A stretch of DNA of 60,834 nucleotides, filler included, from Nitrospirota bacterium (GTDB lineage: Bacteria; JACPQY01), in NCBI GenBank assembly GCA_016180645.1. It is 3 parts of 3 records of this genome, joined end to end, with 100 filler letters (N's around TTAATTAATTAA, not from the genome) between each part and the next. Parts side by side here need not be neighbours in the genome. Positions count along the whole stretch, not along the records: positions 1 to 19,525 come from JACPAV010000054.1; 2 more parts are not named here. One strand, 5' to 3'. Within the stretch, counting starts at the first letter, position 1, and each line of letters begins with the position of its first letter. The notes under the pieces are model-generated. The model searched no databases. It was given only the letters and a program-made list of their open reading frames with translations, and was not told the origin of the DNA. Shown here piece by piece: positions 1 to 9,969 of this stretch. Position numbers and translations under genes: made by a program.

Positions 1-179
1 GGAAAACGGCTCCTGTCTCAAAATTCACGGCGTGGAAATGGCCTTCCCTCGTGAAGTGATGTTCACACAGCATGGAAAAATGGCAAAAGTCGAGCTTAGG
101 GGACATGCCTTTCGGTTACCCTTATTTACTGATCCTGGTCATGTTCTGTTCTACGCGTTAGAGAGCATATTTTTCGCGG

Positions 180-1274
180 ATGGCAAAACGGAGGCGCTGC
201 ACCCGAATCGTGAAGGGTGTTCGGGACACCGTGAGCCTGCTCTTGGTCGCCCCCTTCCTTCTGCTCGTTCCAAGATCCGCCTGGGCCGCGGACGGGAACG
301 CGCACCTCGACGTCTTCGGAAACGTGGATCTCACGGTTGCCGACAAGCCGAAGACACGAGGCTTCGCTCTGGGAATGATGGATCTCGTGCTCACGGGCTC
401 TCCCATCCCAGGCGTCCGGGGTCTCGCCGAAACGGTCCTCCAGGGCGAGGAAGATGGGGAGTTCGAGATCGAGATCGAGCGGCTTTCGATCACCTACGAT
501 TTCCGAGACTACTTGTCCGTCACGGCCGGCAAGATCCACACGCCGGTCGGCTACTACAACACGGCCTATCACCACGGGAGAATGCTGGAGTCGGCGGCCA
601 CCCGGCCGTTGACGTTCCGATTTGAAGATCAGGGAGGCATCCTCCCCCTCCATCTCACGGGCGTTGCGCTGAATGGCTCGGCGGACCTGCCGGGAAGCCT
701 CCGGTGGACGTACGACCTGGGAGTCGCCAACGGCCGCGGGACCAATACCAACAGGCAGCAAATCGTCGGCGACGACAACGACTGGAAAGCCATTGCGGCC
801 CGCCTGACACTTCAGCCGATGGTCGTTCCGGGCTTGGAGGGAGGCTTCAGCACCTACCTGGATCGAGCGCCGCCGGGCGTTCCCCCGGAAGGTCTCGGGG
901 AAACCACCCATGAGCAGCTCTACTCGGCCCACCTCGCATACCGCGAGACCCCTTGGGAGTTACTGGCGGAATTCGTGACCTACCGTCGCCTCCTCGAACA
1001 ATCCCGTGCCGAGTCCTGGAACATGGGAACGTACGCCCAGCTTGCCTACAGCATCGACAAGGTGACCCCTTACGCGCGCGGCGAATTCCTCGATGCGGAG
1101 AAAGATCCGTACGCCGCGCAGACGGCCGACCTCTTGTGGTCCCGTTCCGTTCTCGCCGGGATCCGCTTCGACGCGGACGCGAACCTCGCCCTAAAGGCGG
1201 AGGGCGCGTCGGACAATCTGAGAGGATCGCGGGACGCCCGCCGGCTCACCTTTCAAGTCGCCTTCACATTCTAA
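180..1274 (+). CDS. Outer-membrane porin-like beta-barrel protein
   Basis: Signal peptide ending AWA, amphipathic strands, C-terminal Phe (QVAFTF); true start may be slightly downstream. Confidence 0.7.
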   Translation: MAKRRRCTRIVKGVRDTVSLLLVAPFLLLVPRSAWAADGNAHLDVFGNVDLTVADKPKTRGFALGMMDLVLTGSPIPGVRGLAETVLQGEEDGEFEIEIERLSITYDFRDYLSVTAGKIHTPVGYYNTAYHHGRMLESAATRPLTFRFEDQGGILPLHLTGVALNGSADLPGSLRWTYDLGVANGRGTNTNRQQIVGDDNDWKAIAARLTLQPMVVPGLEGGFSTYLDRAPPGVPPEGLGETTHEQLYSAHLAYRETPWELLAEFVTYRRLLEQSRAESWNMGTYAQLAYSIDKVTPYARGEFLDAEKDPYAAQTADLLWSRSVLAGIRFDADANLALKAEGASDNLRGSRDARRLTFQVAFTF

Positions 1275-1280
1275 GACGCC

Positions 1281-1763
1281 GTGGCTTTCCGGCTGCTGGT
1301 CTTCGCATGCGCCGCCCTCCTGGCGCTTGATGCTCCCCGGACGACCGCGGGGAGAAGACTTGTCGTCATCGTCCATCGGCATAACCCGGTCGAGAAGCTC
1401 ACCCTGCCGGAACTCCGAAAATATTTCCGCGCGGAGCGCAAGCACTGGCCGGACGGCGAGCCGGTCGTCCTGGTCATGCGGGAAGCCTACGCAAGCGAAC
1501 GAACCTTGTTCCTCACGAAGGTGTATCAGATGGACGATACCCGGTACCGTCGCTTCTGGCTGGAGAAAATCTTCCGCGGCGAAGCCGACCGGCCGCTGAC
1601 GGCCATGTCGGCGGAATCCATGAGGCAGCTCGTCAGCCGCGAAAAGGGCGCGGTCGGCTTTCTTTGGGAGGACGAAGCGGACGCGTCGGTGAAGGTCATC
1701 CTGATCGACGGAACGGATCCCCTCACCGTGGTCGGGCCGGAGTCCGCCAGGGGGTCCCCATAG
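1281..1763 (+). CDS. Small periplasmic substrate-binding (PBP-like) protein
   Basis: Signal peptide, VVIVH.NPVEKLT..ELRKYF and GAVGF motifs typical of the porin-associated PBP-like family. Confidence 0.7.
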   Translation: MAFRLLVFACAALLALDAPRTTAGRRLVVIVHRHNPVEKLTLPELRKYFRAERKHWPDGEPVVLVMREAYASERTLFLTKVYQMDDTRYRRFWLEKIFRGEADRPLTAMSAESMRQLVSREKGAVGFLWEDEADASVKVILIDGTDPLTVVGPESARGSP

Positions 1764-1765
1764 AA

Positions 1766-3220
1766 ATGTTTCGAACTCTTCGAGCGCGCCTCATTGTATC
1801 GATCCTTTTTCTTCTCCTATCCGCCTTCTTCGCCTACTCCTGGTTCACTTTCCGATGGTTGGAAGGCTCCCTCACCCGATCGCAGGAAATCCGGACCGTG
1901 CTCCTGGGCGAAACCATCAAGCGCGGCCTCATGGTGACGATGCTTCTGGGTGAAGGGAAAAACATTCAAACCATCATCGAGGCGATGGCCCAGCATGAGG
2001 AAATTGAGACCATCCGAATTTTCGATACGCAGGGGCGGATCAAGAAATCATCGAGACTCCGCGAAATCGGCGCCTTCGTTCCGTCGTCGCTCGTGGAGGC
2101 CGGCCTCCGGGACCAGCCCCAGGTTTTCCGCGACAAGGGGATAGACGGTGAACCCGTATTCACCTCGCTCCAGAGGATCGATAACCTGGCGCAATGCCAC
2201 CGGTGCCATGGGAGTGATCACAAAGTCCGCGGGATCCTGGAGCTCCAGGTCACCCTGGCGGGCGTCCTGGCCGAAGTGGATGCCCAGCGCACCCGGCTCA
2301 TCTGGACGGCGGCCGGAACATTCCTGTTCCTTTCGGTCGGCCTCTGGTTCATGCTGCTCCGGGTGGTGGCCGGTCCCGTGGAACAACTTTCCCTCGCCAT
2401 GCAAACGGCGCAAGGCGGCGACCTGTCGGTCCGGGCGCCGGAAGGCGGTCCTGAGGAGATCGCGCTGCTCGGTCGGGGGCTGAATTCCACCCTGGCCGCG
2501 CTCTCGGAAGCGCGCCGGAAATTCGAAGAGGCCCGCCACGCCGAGATGCTGCACATGGAGAGGCTTGCCTCCATCGGCGAAATGGCCTCCGGGATCGCGC
2601 ACGACATCAAGAATCCCCTCGCCGGAATCGCCGGTTCCGCCGAAGTGATCCGCGATCAACTCCCGCGCGATGACCCCCGCAAAGAAGTCCTGAATGCCAT
2701 CCTCTCCCATGTTCAGCGCCTGCATCACTCCATCGAAGGTGTCCTCTCCTACGTGCGGATCACGCCCCCCCACAGGATCGCCATCCCCTTGAAAAATCTC
2801 CTCGACAGGCTTCTCCTCCTCTGCGGTCCCGAGTTCGAAAAGAAGTCGATTGCGGTGCGTGTGGACACGCCCGATTCCCTGCCCCTTCTCCGGGTGGACA
2901 CGGAGCGGATCCAGCAGGCTCTCATGAACCTCACGATCAACGCAGTCCAGGCCATGGGCAAGGGGGGCACCCTCGACTTCTCCGCGCGCGAGATCCTCGC
3001 GGGTAGGGTCGAACTCCGCATCTCGGATACCGGCGTCGGAATCCCATCCGAGAATCTCAACAAAATTTTTGAGCCGTTCTACACCACGCGGGAAAAGGGT
3101 ACGGGACTCGGCCTCGCCACAACCCGGAGAATCATTGAAGAACACGATGGACAGATCACCGTGGAAAGCACCCCGGGTGCAGGGACCACATTCATCATTG
3201 TCCTGGAGGCGGCGCCGTGA
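1766..3220 (+). CDS. Sensor histidine kinase with periplasmic CxxCH motif and HAMP domain
   Basis: Two TM helices, CHRCH, HAMP, H-box AHDIKNPL, N/G1/F/G2 boxes (DTGVGI, FEPFYTT, GTGLGL). Confidence 0.92.
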   Translation: MFRTLRARLIVSILFLLLSAFFAYSWFTFRWLEGSLTRSQEIRTVLLGETIKRGLMVTMLLGEGKNIQTIIEAMAQHEEIETIRIFDTQGRIKKSSRLREIGAFVPSSLVEAGLRDQPQVFRDKGIDGEPVFTSLQRIDNLAQCHRCHGSDHKVRGILELQVTLAGVLAEVDAQRTRLIWTAAGTFLFLSVGLWFMLLRVVAGPVEQLSLAMQTAQGGDLSVRAPEGGPEEIALLGRGLNSTLAALSEARRKFEEARHAEMLHMERLASIGEMASGIAHDIKNPLAGIAGSAEVIRDQLPRDDPRKEVLNAILSHVQRLHHSIEGVLSYVRITPPHRIAIPLKNLLDRLLLLCGPEFEKKSIAVRVDTPDSLPLLRVDTERIQQALMNLTINAVQAMGKGGTLDFSAREILAGRVELRISDTGVGIPSENLNKIFEPFYTTREKGTGLGLATTRRIIEEHDGQITVESTPGAGTTFIIVLEAAP

Positions 3221-4575
3221 GAATCGTCGTCATCGATGATGAACAGCTCATCCAGTGGTTCCTCAAGGAGGGACTCGCCGAGCGCGGGTACGACGTGGCC
3301 ATCGCCAAGTCCGGCGAGGAGGGGCTCGACCTGATCGAACGCGATCTTCCCGATCTGGTGATTTTGGATCTGAAACTTCCCGGCCTCTCCGGTCTCCAGG
3401 TGTTGGAACGGCTCAAGCGCGACCACCCCGATGTGGTCGTCGTGATGATCACGGCGCATGGGGACGTGAACTCCGCCGTCCAAGCCATGAAATTGGGCGC
3501 GCACGACTTCATTCCGAAGCCTTTCAAGATGGAGGAAATGGCTTTGGTATTGAACAAGGCGCTCGCCACGGCGCGCCTCCGCGCCGAAGTTACGGCTTTG
3601 CGGCGCGCCCGCCGGCCCTCCTGCTGCCCGTCCGAGCTCGTCGGGACCTCCCCGGCCATCATGGACGTGATGGCGCTGGTCGAGAAAGTTGCGCCCACCG
3701 ATGCCATCGTGCTGATCCAGGGTGAAAGCGGAACGGGAAAGGATCTCACCGCCCGGATCATCCACGACCGCAGCCCGCGTTCAACGGAGATGTTTCTGGA
3801 GGTGGACTGTACTTCGCTGCCGTCTACTCTCTTCGAGAGCGAAATTTTCGGACATGAAAAAGGGGCGTTCACGGATGCCAAGACGGCCAAGAAGGGCCTG
3901 ATTGAAACCGCCGAGCGCGGAACCGTTCTTCTGAACGAGATTGCGGACGTTCCGCTCCCCGTGCAAGCCAAGCTCCTCCGCCTGATCGAGCAGAAAGCGT
4001 TCCGTCGCCTCGGAGGCACCCGCGACATCCAAGTCGACGCGCGCCTGATCGCCTGCACCAACCGCGACCTCCAGAAAGAGGTCGCCAAGGGTGGGTTCCG
4101 CGAGGACCTCTATTACAGGCTCAAAGTGTTCCCTCTGACTCTCCCTCCGCTCCGGGAGCGCGCCAAGGACATCCCCGAACTGGTACGGTGTTTCGTTGCC
4201 GATGCGGCCTCGAGCATGAGGAAACCGCTCCCCCCAATCGGCGCGGAGGCGATGGATCTTCTCGGGGTCTACCCCTGGCCGGGGAATGTGCGCGAACTCA
4301 AGAATGTGATCGAACGCGCCATGATCCTCGCGGAAGGCGGGCCGATCCTTCCGCTCCACCTCCCAACCGAAATCGTGGAAACACAAGCCGTGCTGCCCAA
4401 CCACAAGCCACCCGTCACTCTGCCCGACCAAGGCGCTTCCCTCGGGGAAATCGAGAAGGAACTCATCGCCCAAGCATTGGCCAAGACCGGCGGCAATCAA
4501 TCGCAGGCCGCCCGGCTCCTCGGCATCAGCCGCGACACCCTCCGCTACCGCATGGAGAAACATGGCCTTGCGTGA
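3217..4575 (+). CDS. Sigma-54-dependent response regulator (NtrC family)
   Basis: Receiver domain, [21 protein letters not shown], Fis HTH; 4-bp overlap with kinase. Confidence 0.95.
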   Translation: MRIVVIDDEQLIQWFLKEGLAERGYDVAIAKSGEEGLDLIERDLPDLVILDLKLPGLSGLQVLERLKRDHPDVVVVMITAHGDVNSAVQAMKLGAHDFIPKPFKMEEMALVLNKALATARLRAEVTALRRARRPSCCPSELVGTSPAIMDVMALVEKVAPTDAIVLIQGESGTGKDLTARIIHDRSPRSTEMFLEVDCTSLPSTLFESEIFGHEKGAFTDAKTAKKGLIETAERGTVLLNEIADVPLPVQAKLLRLIEQKAFRRLGGTRDIQVDARLIACTNRDLQKEVAKGGFREDLYYRLKVFPLTLPPLRERAKDIPELVRCFVADAASSMRKPLPPIGAEAMDLLGVYPWPGNVRELKNVIERAMILAEGGPILPLHLPTEIVETQAVLPNHKPPVTLPDQGASLGEIEKELIAQALAKTGGNQSQAARLLGISRDTLRYRMEKHGLA

Positions 4576-4584
4576 AAGATGCGT

Positions 4585-4688
4585 TCAGCAGTCAGCCGTC
4601 AGCACTCAGCTTCGGAACCGGAGCGAACGACGTACTGAAGAATCTCAAGTCTCATTCAGAGGCTGAAAGCTGACCGCTGATGGCTGAA
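4585..4688. repeat. Inverted clusters of degenerate heptamer repeats (TCAGC.. / ..GCTGA)
   Basis: cagcagtcagccgtcagcactcagc ... gctgaaagctgaccgctgatggctga. Confidence 0.55.
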
Positions 4689-4695
4689 CGCCACT

Positions 4696-4730
4696 TGGGG
4701 CATTTCACTCACCCTGCGTGAGATGGCCCA
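4696..4730. promoter_or_regulatory. Candidate enhancer (UAS) for sigma-54 activator
   Basis: Imperfect inverted repeat TGGGGCATTTCAC-N9-GTGAGATGGCCCA (11/13), 150-185 bp upstream of the -24 box. Confidence 0.45.
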
Positions 4731-4879
4731 CCAGACGAGATTGAGCAAGGGTCTCCGTTCCGCTCAATCCTGCTGTTGGTCATGATGGTCTGCTGATGCC
4801 GATCAACTCTTCTCGCAGGAATCAAGCCATTTCCTGACCGCCGTCAGGTTCCTTCCTTGTGCCTGAGCACTCTGTGATC

Positions 4880-4894
4880 TGGCATTGTCGTTGC
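4880..4894 (+). promoter_or_regulatory. Sigma-54 -24/-12 promoter
   Basis: TGGCA-TTGTCG-TTGC with exact GG-N10-GC spacing upstream of the cytochrome gene. Confidence 0.85.
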
Positions 4895-4970
4895 GCTTTA
4901 GTCAGTCGGACAGGAGTCCAACCAGAATGGAAAGAACGGAAGATTGGGTGAGCAGGAAAGGAGGTGTCGC

Positions 4971-5657
4971 ATGACGGCACTGAAAAACAATGTGAGACAA
5001 TCCGGAGCCTACGCCGGCCTGATTACGCTCCTTTTCGTGGTTGTCTGGACGCTGGCGACCATCTTCGCCAAGCAGGTCCTCGCGGCGGACAACGTCAGCA
5101 CGACGAAGCACAACCTGAGCGCGAACGCCGTGGCCTACGGGATCACGAACTACGGTGAAATCTGCGTGTACTGCCACACGCCCCACAACGGCAACACGAC
5201 GGCCAAGCCTCTGTGGAACAAGAACCTGCCGGCCGGACCGTTCACCATGTACAACAACGGCTGGAGCTCCACGGTCGACGAAACCGTGGACGCTTCACCG
5301 GGCGGCGTCTCCGCGGCCTGCCTCGGTTGCCATGACGGTTCGATCGGACTGGACACGATGGTAAACCGTCCGGGATCGAGCGGATGGGCGGCGCCGACGA
5401 ACGCCCTCATCGCCAACGGCGCGAGTGCGGACTACCAGCCCCGGCTGGGGACGGACATGCGGAACGACCACCCGGTCTCCATCACCTATCGCACGGTCGA
5501 TATCACCGGATTCAAGGCGGCCCCCGCCAGCGCGAAGCTTTACAGCAACAAAGTCGAGTGTGGCTCGTGTCACAACCCACACGAAGACACGAACGCTACG
5601 TTCCTGCGCATCTCCAACGCGGCCTCAGCGCTATGCCTGGATTGCCATAACAAGTAG
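4971..5657 (+). CDS. omcE: OmcE-like tetraheme c-type cytochrome (candidate nanowire subunit)
   Basis: RBS AGGAGGTG; signal peptide; TKHNLS..ICVYCHTPH..PLWN..CLGCHDG..LGTD..NDHPV..ECGSCH..H..FLR..LCLDCHNK matches the Geobacter OmcE motif layout as I recall it. Confidence 0.8.
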   Translation: MTALKNNVRQSGAYAGLITLLFVVVWTLATIFAKQVLAADNVSTTKHNLSANAVAYGITNYGEICVYCHTPHNGNTTAKPLWNKNLPAGPFTMYNNGWSSTVDETVDASPGGVSAACLGCHDGSIGLDTMVNRPGSSGWAAPTNALIANGASADYQPRLGTDMRNDHPVSITYRTVDITGFKAAPASAKLYSNKVECGSCHNPHEDTNATFLRISNAASALCLDCHNK

Positions 5658-5686
5658 CCTCGCCTAGCCAGGAACGAAAAAACGTC

Positions 5687-5726
5687 AAGGGCCGGGATAG
5701 CCGCTGAGGTTTTCCCGGCCCTTTTT
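5687..5726 (+). terminator. Intrinsic terminator after omcE-like gene
   Basis: AAGGGCCGGGA / TCCCGGCCCTT stem followed by T run. Confidence 0.75.
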
Positions 5727-5866
5727 CTCGAAAGGGCGGGAGGGCGACAACGGGCCATGGAACGGTCTGGCAGAATCAATGCCCTACACCATCAAAAAAG
5801 ACTGAAATGACGACGGTCATACTTTGGACCTCGGCGGTCATGATATCAGCGAGGGGGCGGTTGGAC

Positions 5867-7006
5867 ATGGTTCTTAGGAAAGGGTTCTTCACGGCAATGG
5901 CCTTCCTCTTGGCTTCGTGCGCCGGCAATCGGGTATTGGGGCCACGACCCCTGCTTGTATGGCCCCTCCCTCCCGACCCGCCGCGCATCCGATACGTCCG
6001 CAGTCTGGCCACATCCGCCGACCTGAACGATTCCCCCACGTTCGTGGAGCGGATCAAACAGCTCCTCGTCGGCGTCAGGGCCGTTCCCGTTTTCACGAAA
6101 CCTTTCGGCGTCTGCTCCGGAAAAGGCAGGATCTTCGCCACCGACCCCTCCGAAGGGCGCGTGGTGGTCTTCGACATGGAGAAGAAGAAGCAGTACTTCC
6201 TCGGCCAGACCGGAGCCCATGCGTTGGCGCGACCCCACGGCTGCGCGGTAGGCCCCAAAGAAGAACTGTACGTCGTCGACCGCGGCTTGTTGAGGGCCAT
6301 GAGATACACACCGGAAGGCGAGTTCATGGCGGCCTATGGAGGGAATGAGATGTTTTTGAACCCTATCGATGCCGCGGTCAGCCCGGATGGAAAGCGTCTC
6401 TATGTGTCGGACAGCTACCTCCACCAGGTTCTGGTCTTTGACCCGGAAGGGAAACTTGTCCTCACGATCGGCAAGCAGGGGAAGGAGCCCGAACCCGTTC
6501 CCCCAGGGGCACATGGGAGCGATCGCTATTGGAACCGGGGATCGGGAGAAGGAGAGTTCAACTTTCCAACCTACCTAGCGCTCGACAAGAACGGCCTCCT
6601 CTACGTTGTCGATGCCATGAATTTCAGGATCCAGATCTTCGACTCTTCGGGCGCATACGTGAGATCGATCGGAAGCCTCGGCAGGGGATTTGGCAATTTC
6701 GCCAGGCCGAAAGGGATCGCAGTGGACGCCGACGGCAACCTCTACGTGGCGGACGGGGCATTCAACAACGTTCAGATCTTCAATGCCGAGGGGCAGCTCC
6801 TGATGTTTTTCGGCGCGGTCGGCCACGATCCCGGCCAATTCTGGCTGCCGCAAGGCGTGGCCGTAGAGGGAGACCGAATCTTGGTCGTGGACCAATACAA
6901 CCATCGCCTCCAAGTCTTCGAACTCGTGGCCGCCGACGCCGGCGCGAAACCTGTGGATGCTCCCGCGAACGGGACCTCGACAGCATCGAAAGACGGCCCG
7001 CCGTGA
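5867..7006 (+). CDS. NHL-repeat beta-propeller lipoprotein
   Basis: Lipobox LASC, WPLPPDPPRI, repeated F..P.GIAVD..G.LYVAD..N.RIQIF blades. Confidence 0.88.
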   Translation: MVLRKGFFTAMAFLLASCAGNRVLGPRPLLVWPLPPDPPRIRYVRSLATSADLNDSPTFVERIKQLLVGVRAVPVFTKPFGVCSGKGRIFATDPSEGRVVVFDMEKKKQYFLGQTGAHALARPHGCAVGPKEELYVVDRGLLRAMRYTPEGEFMAAYGGNEMFLNPIDAAVSPDGKRLYVSDSYLHQVLVFDPEGKLVLTIGKQGKEPEPVPPGAHGSDRYWNRGSGEGEFNFPTYLALDKNGLLYVVDAMNFRIQIFDSSGAYVRSIGSLGRGFGNFARPKGIAVDADGNLYVADGAFNNVQIFNAEGQLLMFFGAVGHDPGQFWLPQGVAVEGDRILVVDQYNHRLQVFELVAADAGAKPVDAPANGTSTASKDGPP

Positions 7007-7617
7007 AACGAGTCATCCTTTTCTCAGCTCTCCTGCCGCTCATCCTGGGCGCGGTCTGGGCCTGCTCGCCAAAGGCGCGATGGAAAGTCCTGAATACGCT
7101 CTTCGACGCCGTCCCACCCCCCGAAGAGAAAGCCGATAAATCGAAAACACCGGCGCCTCCAAAGGCGGCATCGCGCGCGACGCTCGAAAACCAGAGCCGC
7201 ACTCCGCCCAAGGTCCCCGGCATCCCGGCCGAGAAACTCTCCGACTGGAAACAGGTGGAAGAACTTCTGCCGAAGGACGATTCAGGCGGCGTGGATTGGG
7301 TGGCCGCGCTCCGCGAGGGGATCATCGAGCCGTGGGCGGGGCTGACGGAAGACGCGCCCCCGAAAAGGGACTTCGGTTTCGACTTCATCTACAAGGCCGA
7401 AAGCAAGGATGACGACGCGGTCTTTTTTCACAGTTCCCATGCCGAATGGCTCGCGTGCAACAACTGCCATCCCGCCGTCTTCGAAGGGTTCGATTTCTCT
7501 CGCGGCGAGCTGAACATGGATGCCGTCGATGAAGGCAAGTATTGCGGCCGCTGCCACGGCACGGTGGCCTTTCCGCGAGGCGACGAAAACTGCACCCGAT
7601 GTCATCCCAACCAATAG
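7003..7617 (+). CDS. c7-type triheme cytochrome lipoprotein
   Basis: GTG overlapping upstream stop, lipobox VWAC, VDWVAAL, CNNCH/CGRCH/CTRCH. Confidence 0.85.
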   Translation: MKRVILFSALLPLILGAVWACSPKARWKVLNTLFDAVPPPEEKADKSKTPAPPKAASRATLENQSRTPPKVPGIPAEKLSDWKQVEELLPKDDSGGVDWVAALREGIIEPWAGLTEDAPPKRDFGFDFIYKAESKDDDAVFFHSSHAEWLACNNCHPAVFEGFDFSRGELNMDAVDEGKYCGRCHGTVAFPRGDENCTRCHPNQ

Positions 7618-7624
7618 GCTCGGC

Positions 7625-8062
7625 ATGAGGACACGTCTCGTCGTCATGGCGCTGCTGACAGGCTTGGCAACGGCGGCGGTTCGCTTCCCGGATTCCGCGG
7701 GCTCGGAGGAGCCGACTCAGCCCCCATCGTCGGAGAAGCCGTCCCTCCCGTCCATCGGAACGGAGTACGACCCTGTGTACGGCGACATCGTGTTCAAACG
7801 TCTGACGGGCGAAATCGGCACCGTCCCTCCCGCGGTCTTCAGTCACTGGGTCCACCGAATGCGATTCCGATGCTACGTCTGCCACGATTCGATTTTCAAA
7901 ATGAAAAAGGGCGCCAACAAGGTGGTGAAGGACGACATCAGGAAAGGAAAGTTCTGCGGAGTCTGCCACACCGGAAAGCTGGCCTGGCAGATCACCGATG
8001 AGAACTGCCACCGGTGCCACAAGGGGCCGGTCCCGAAACCGGTGGCGGAGAAGACACCGTGA
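7625..8062 (+). CDS. c7-type triheme cytochrome
   Basis: Signal peptide, VFSHWVH, CYVCH/CGVCH/CHRCH. Confidence 0.88.
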   Translation: MRTRLVVMALLTGLATAAVRFPDSAGSEEPTQPPSSEKPSLPSIGTEYDPVYGDIVFKRLTGEIGTVPPAVFSHWVHRMRFRCYVCHDSIFKMKKGANKVVKDDIRKGKFCGVCHTGKLAWQITDENCHRCHKGPVPKPVAEKTP

Positions 8063-9969
8063 CGCGATTCTTCATCGCCCTCCTCGGGGTAGGGGGCGTC
8101 CTCCTCCCCACCACCGCTCTCGCGCAGGAATGGCTCCAAGTCTCGCCCCTCCAAGGCGGGATCCAGGGGCAGACGCGCGCCGGCTGGGGGTACCAGTCGG
8201 AATCGGGCGATTCGCAAGATTTGTATTGGGCCACGAGGGTGTTGATCCGGAACCGGGTCTCTCTCCTCGATCCGGGCCTGCTGTCGCTCGGCGTCGCCGG
8301 GAGCATCGGATTTTTTCAGGACCGGCTCCAGTCGCAGAACACCGCCAGCCGGAGCAACTCGATGCCCGTCGAATACGACCTGGGTGTCTCGGCCCTCGAC
8401 AAGAGCAAGTTTCCAACGCATCTGCATGCGGCCCGATCGCAACGGGTCACCCGCCTGGACCTTGGAGGGCTTTCACGAAACGATTCGGAAAACGCCGAGG
8501 GTTCCATTCGGTGGAGGAACGGGGTCCTGGAACCCTCCCTCAACTTCAACCGGACGCAGTCGCGCGAAACGGTTCGGCAAGGCGTTACGGGCGCCACCAG
8601 CGAAAGAGAAGATAGGTCCATACGGGGAGGGGGAAGCCTGAGCCGAGCCGGGCCCACCACCCAACTCAACGCCGACTACGGCATTCTGAACCTGGAGGAC
8701 CTCGTCGATCCCGCTCGAGACTACAACGCCCAAGACGCCTCATTCCACCACAAGGCCGGCGTCTCACGGCGGTTCTCGACCTCGGTCAATTTTCACAGGC
8801 GCGGCCCCTTCCTTGCGCAACAACAGTTTCGCGCCGCCGAAGACGTGAGCCTCGACCACACGCCGACTCTATCCTCACAACACGGCTATTCCTTCGCCCG
8901 TTCAGACTCCCAGGATCTTTTCACGGCCACCCATGCCGCAAAAACAGGGATCAGCCACCAACTGTTCGGCAGTCTCAACGAACGGCTTGACCTCGCCGGC
9001 ACACGGCGTGACTTCACGAGCGGGCGCGAGACCGAGGGCGGCCCGAACGGCCGCCTGGGCTACAGGAAAAAGGCCGGACCGGGAGACATCCTGGCCGGAG
9101 TCGGCGGCGGGTACAACCTCGCCTCCCGGAAGGCGGACGCCGCCCCACTCAGGTCCGTCAACGAGACACATGCGCTCGAAGACGGCCTCCCCGTTCTTCT
9201 CGAACAGAGAGACGCAGATGCCGAATCGGTCGTCGTGACGGACGCCGAACGCGAACTCCTCTACCAGAGAGGATTCGACTACGACCTCACGACCCGGGAA
9301 GGGTACGTCGAACTCGTCCGCCTCCCCGGAGGCCGAATCCGGGACAATCAGGAAGTCTGGGTCAGCTACACCCACAGCGTCCCCGGCTCCGCCGTGTATG
9401 ACCGTCGCTCCGTCGGATACGATCTCGGGTACGACCTCCACTGGCTGCGCCTCTTCTACCAACAGAACCGGCTCCGCTTGCACCCCCTGAAAGGCGGCAT
9501 TCAGAGTTCATCGACCCTGTCCGACAATGTGGGAGTGGAAGGCCGATTCGGCGGCAGCCCGCTCCTGTTCTCACCCCTTGCGGAAAGGCGCTCCCTTCGG
9601 CAAGACACCATATCCTACGTTACGTACATCGTCCGACAGCCTCTGGCCTGGGAGGCGACCTCCCGCATGAAGCTCCAGCTTACCTTCGAAGAGTTATTCT
9701 TCAGTATGCCGGGCAATGGGGATTTCCAGACGTACTCCGCCGAGCTGTCCGGAACGGCGGACTTCAGCGTATGGACGGTTCGACCGGGTACCCGCTACTG
9801 GCTGCGGTATCTCGACGGTTCGGAGAAGCTGTGGACCTCCTTCATCGATTTTTCCGGCAGGATCGGAAAGCTGGAAAGCTCCCTCGGCCTCGATTACAAC
9901 AGGTGGAACGTGCGCGGATCGGCGCGGCAAGAATTCCGAACGGACTTCTCGGTCACGCGATGGTTCTGA
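8059..9969 (+). CDS. Large outer-membrane beta-barrel protein
   Basis: Signal peptide ending ALA, strand-rich, C-terminal SVTRWF; embedded in cytochrome operon. Confidence 0.7.
   Translation: MTRFFIALLGVGGVLLPTTALAQEWLQVSPLQGGIQGQTRAGWGYQSESGDSQDLYWATRVLIRNRVSLLDPGLLSLGVAGSIGFFQDRLQSQNTASRSNSMPVEYDLGVSALDKSKFPTHLHAARSQRVTRLDLGGLSRNDSENAEGSIRWRNGVLEPSLNFNRTQSRETVRQGVTGATSEREDRSIRGGGSLSRAGPTTQLNADYGILNLEDLVDPARDYNAQDASFHHKAGVSRRFSTSVNFHRRGPFLAQQQFRAAEDVSLDHTPTLSSQHGYSFARSDSQDLFTATHAAKTGISHQLFGSLNERLDLAGTRRDFTSGRETEGGPNGRLGYRKKAGPGDILAGVGGGYNLASRKADAAPLRSVNETHALEDGLPVLLEQRDADAESVVVTDAERELLYQRGFDYDLTTREGYVELVRLPGGRIRDNQEVWVSYTHSVPGSAVYDRRSVGYDLGYDLHWLRLFYQQNRLRLHPLKGGIQSSSTLSDNVGVEGRFGGSPLLFSPLAERRSLRQDTISYVTYIVRQPLAWEATSRMKLQLTFEELFFSMPGNGDFQTYSAELSGTADFSVWTVRPGTRYWLRYLDGSEKLWTSFIDFSGRIGKLESSLGLDYNRWNVRGSARQEFRTDFSVTRWF

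Noticed and set aside
81-95. Possible sigma-54 promoter TGGCA-N6-GAGC upstream of the porin
   Set aside because: The -12 element deviates from TTGC; too weak without upstream context
8059-9969. Naming the barrel MtrB/PioB
   Set aside because: No recognisable family motif such as the N-terminal CxxC; only a generic beta-barrel call is supported
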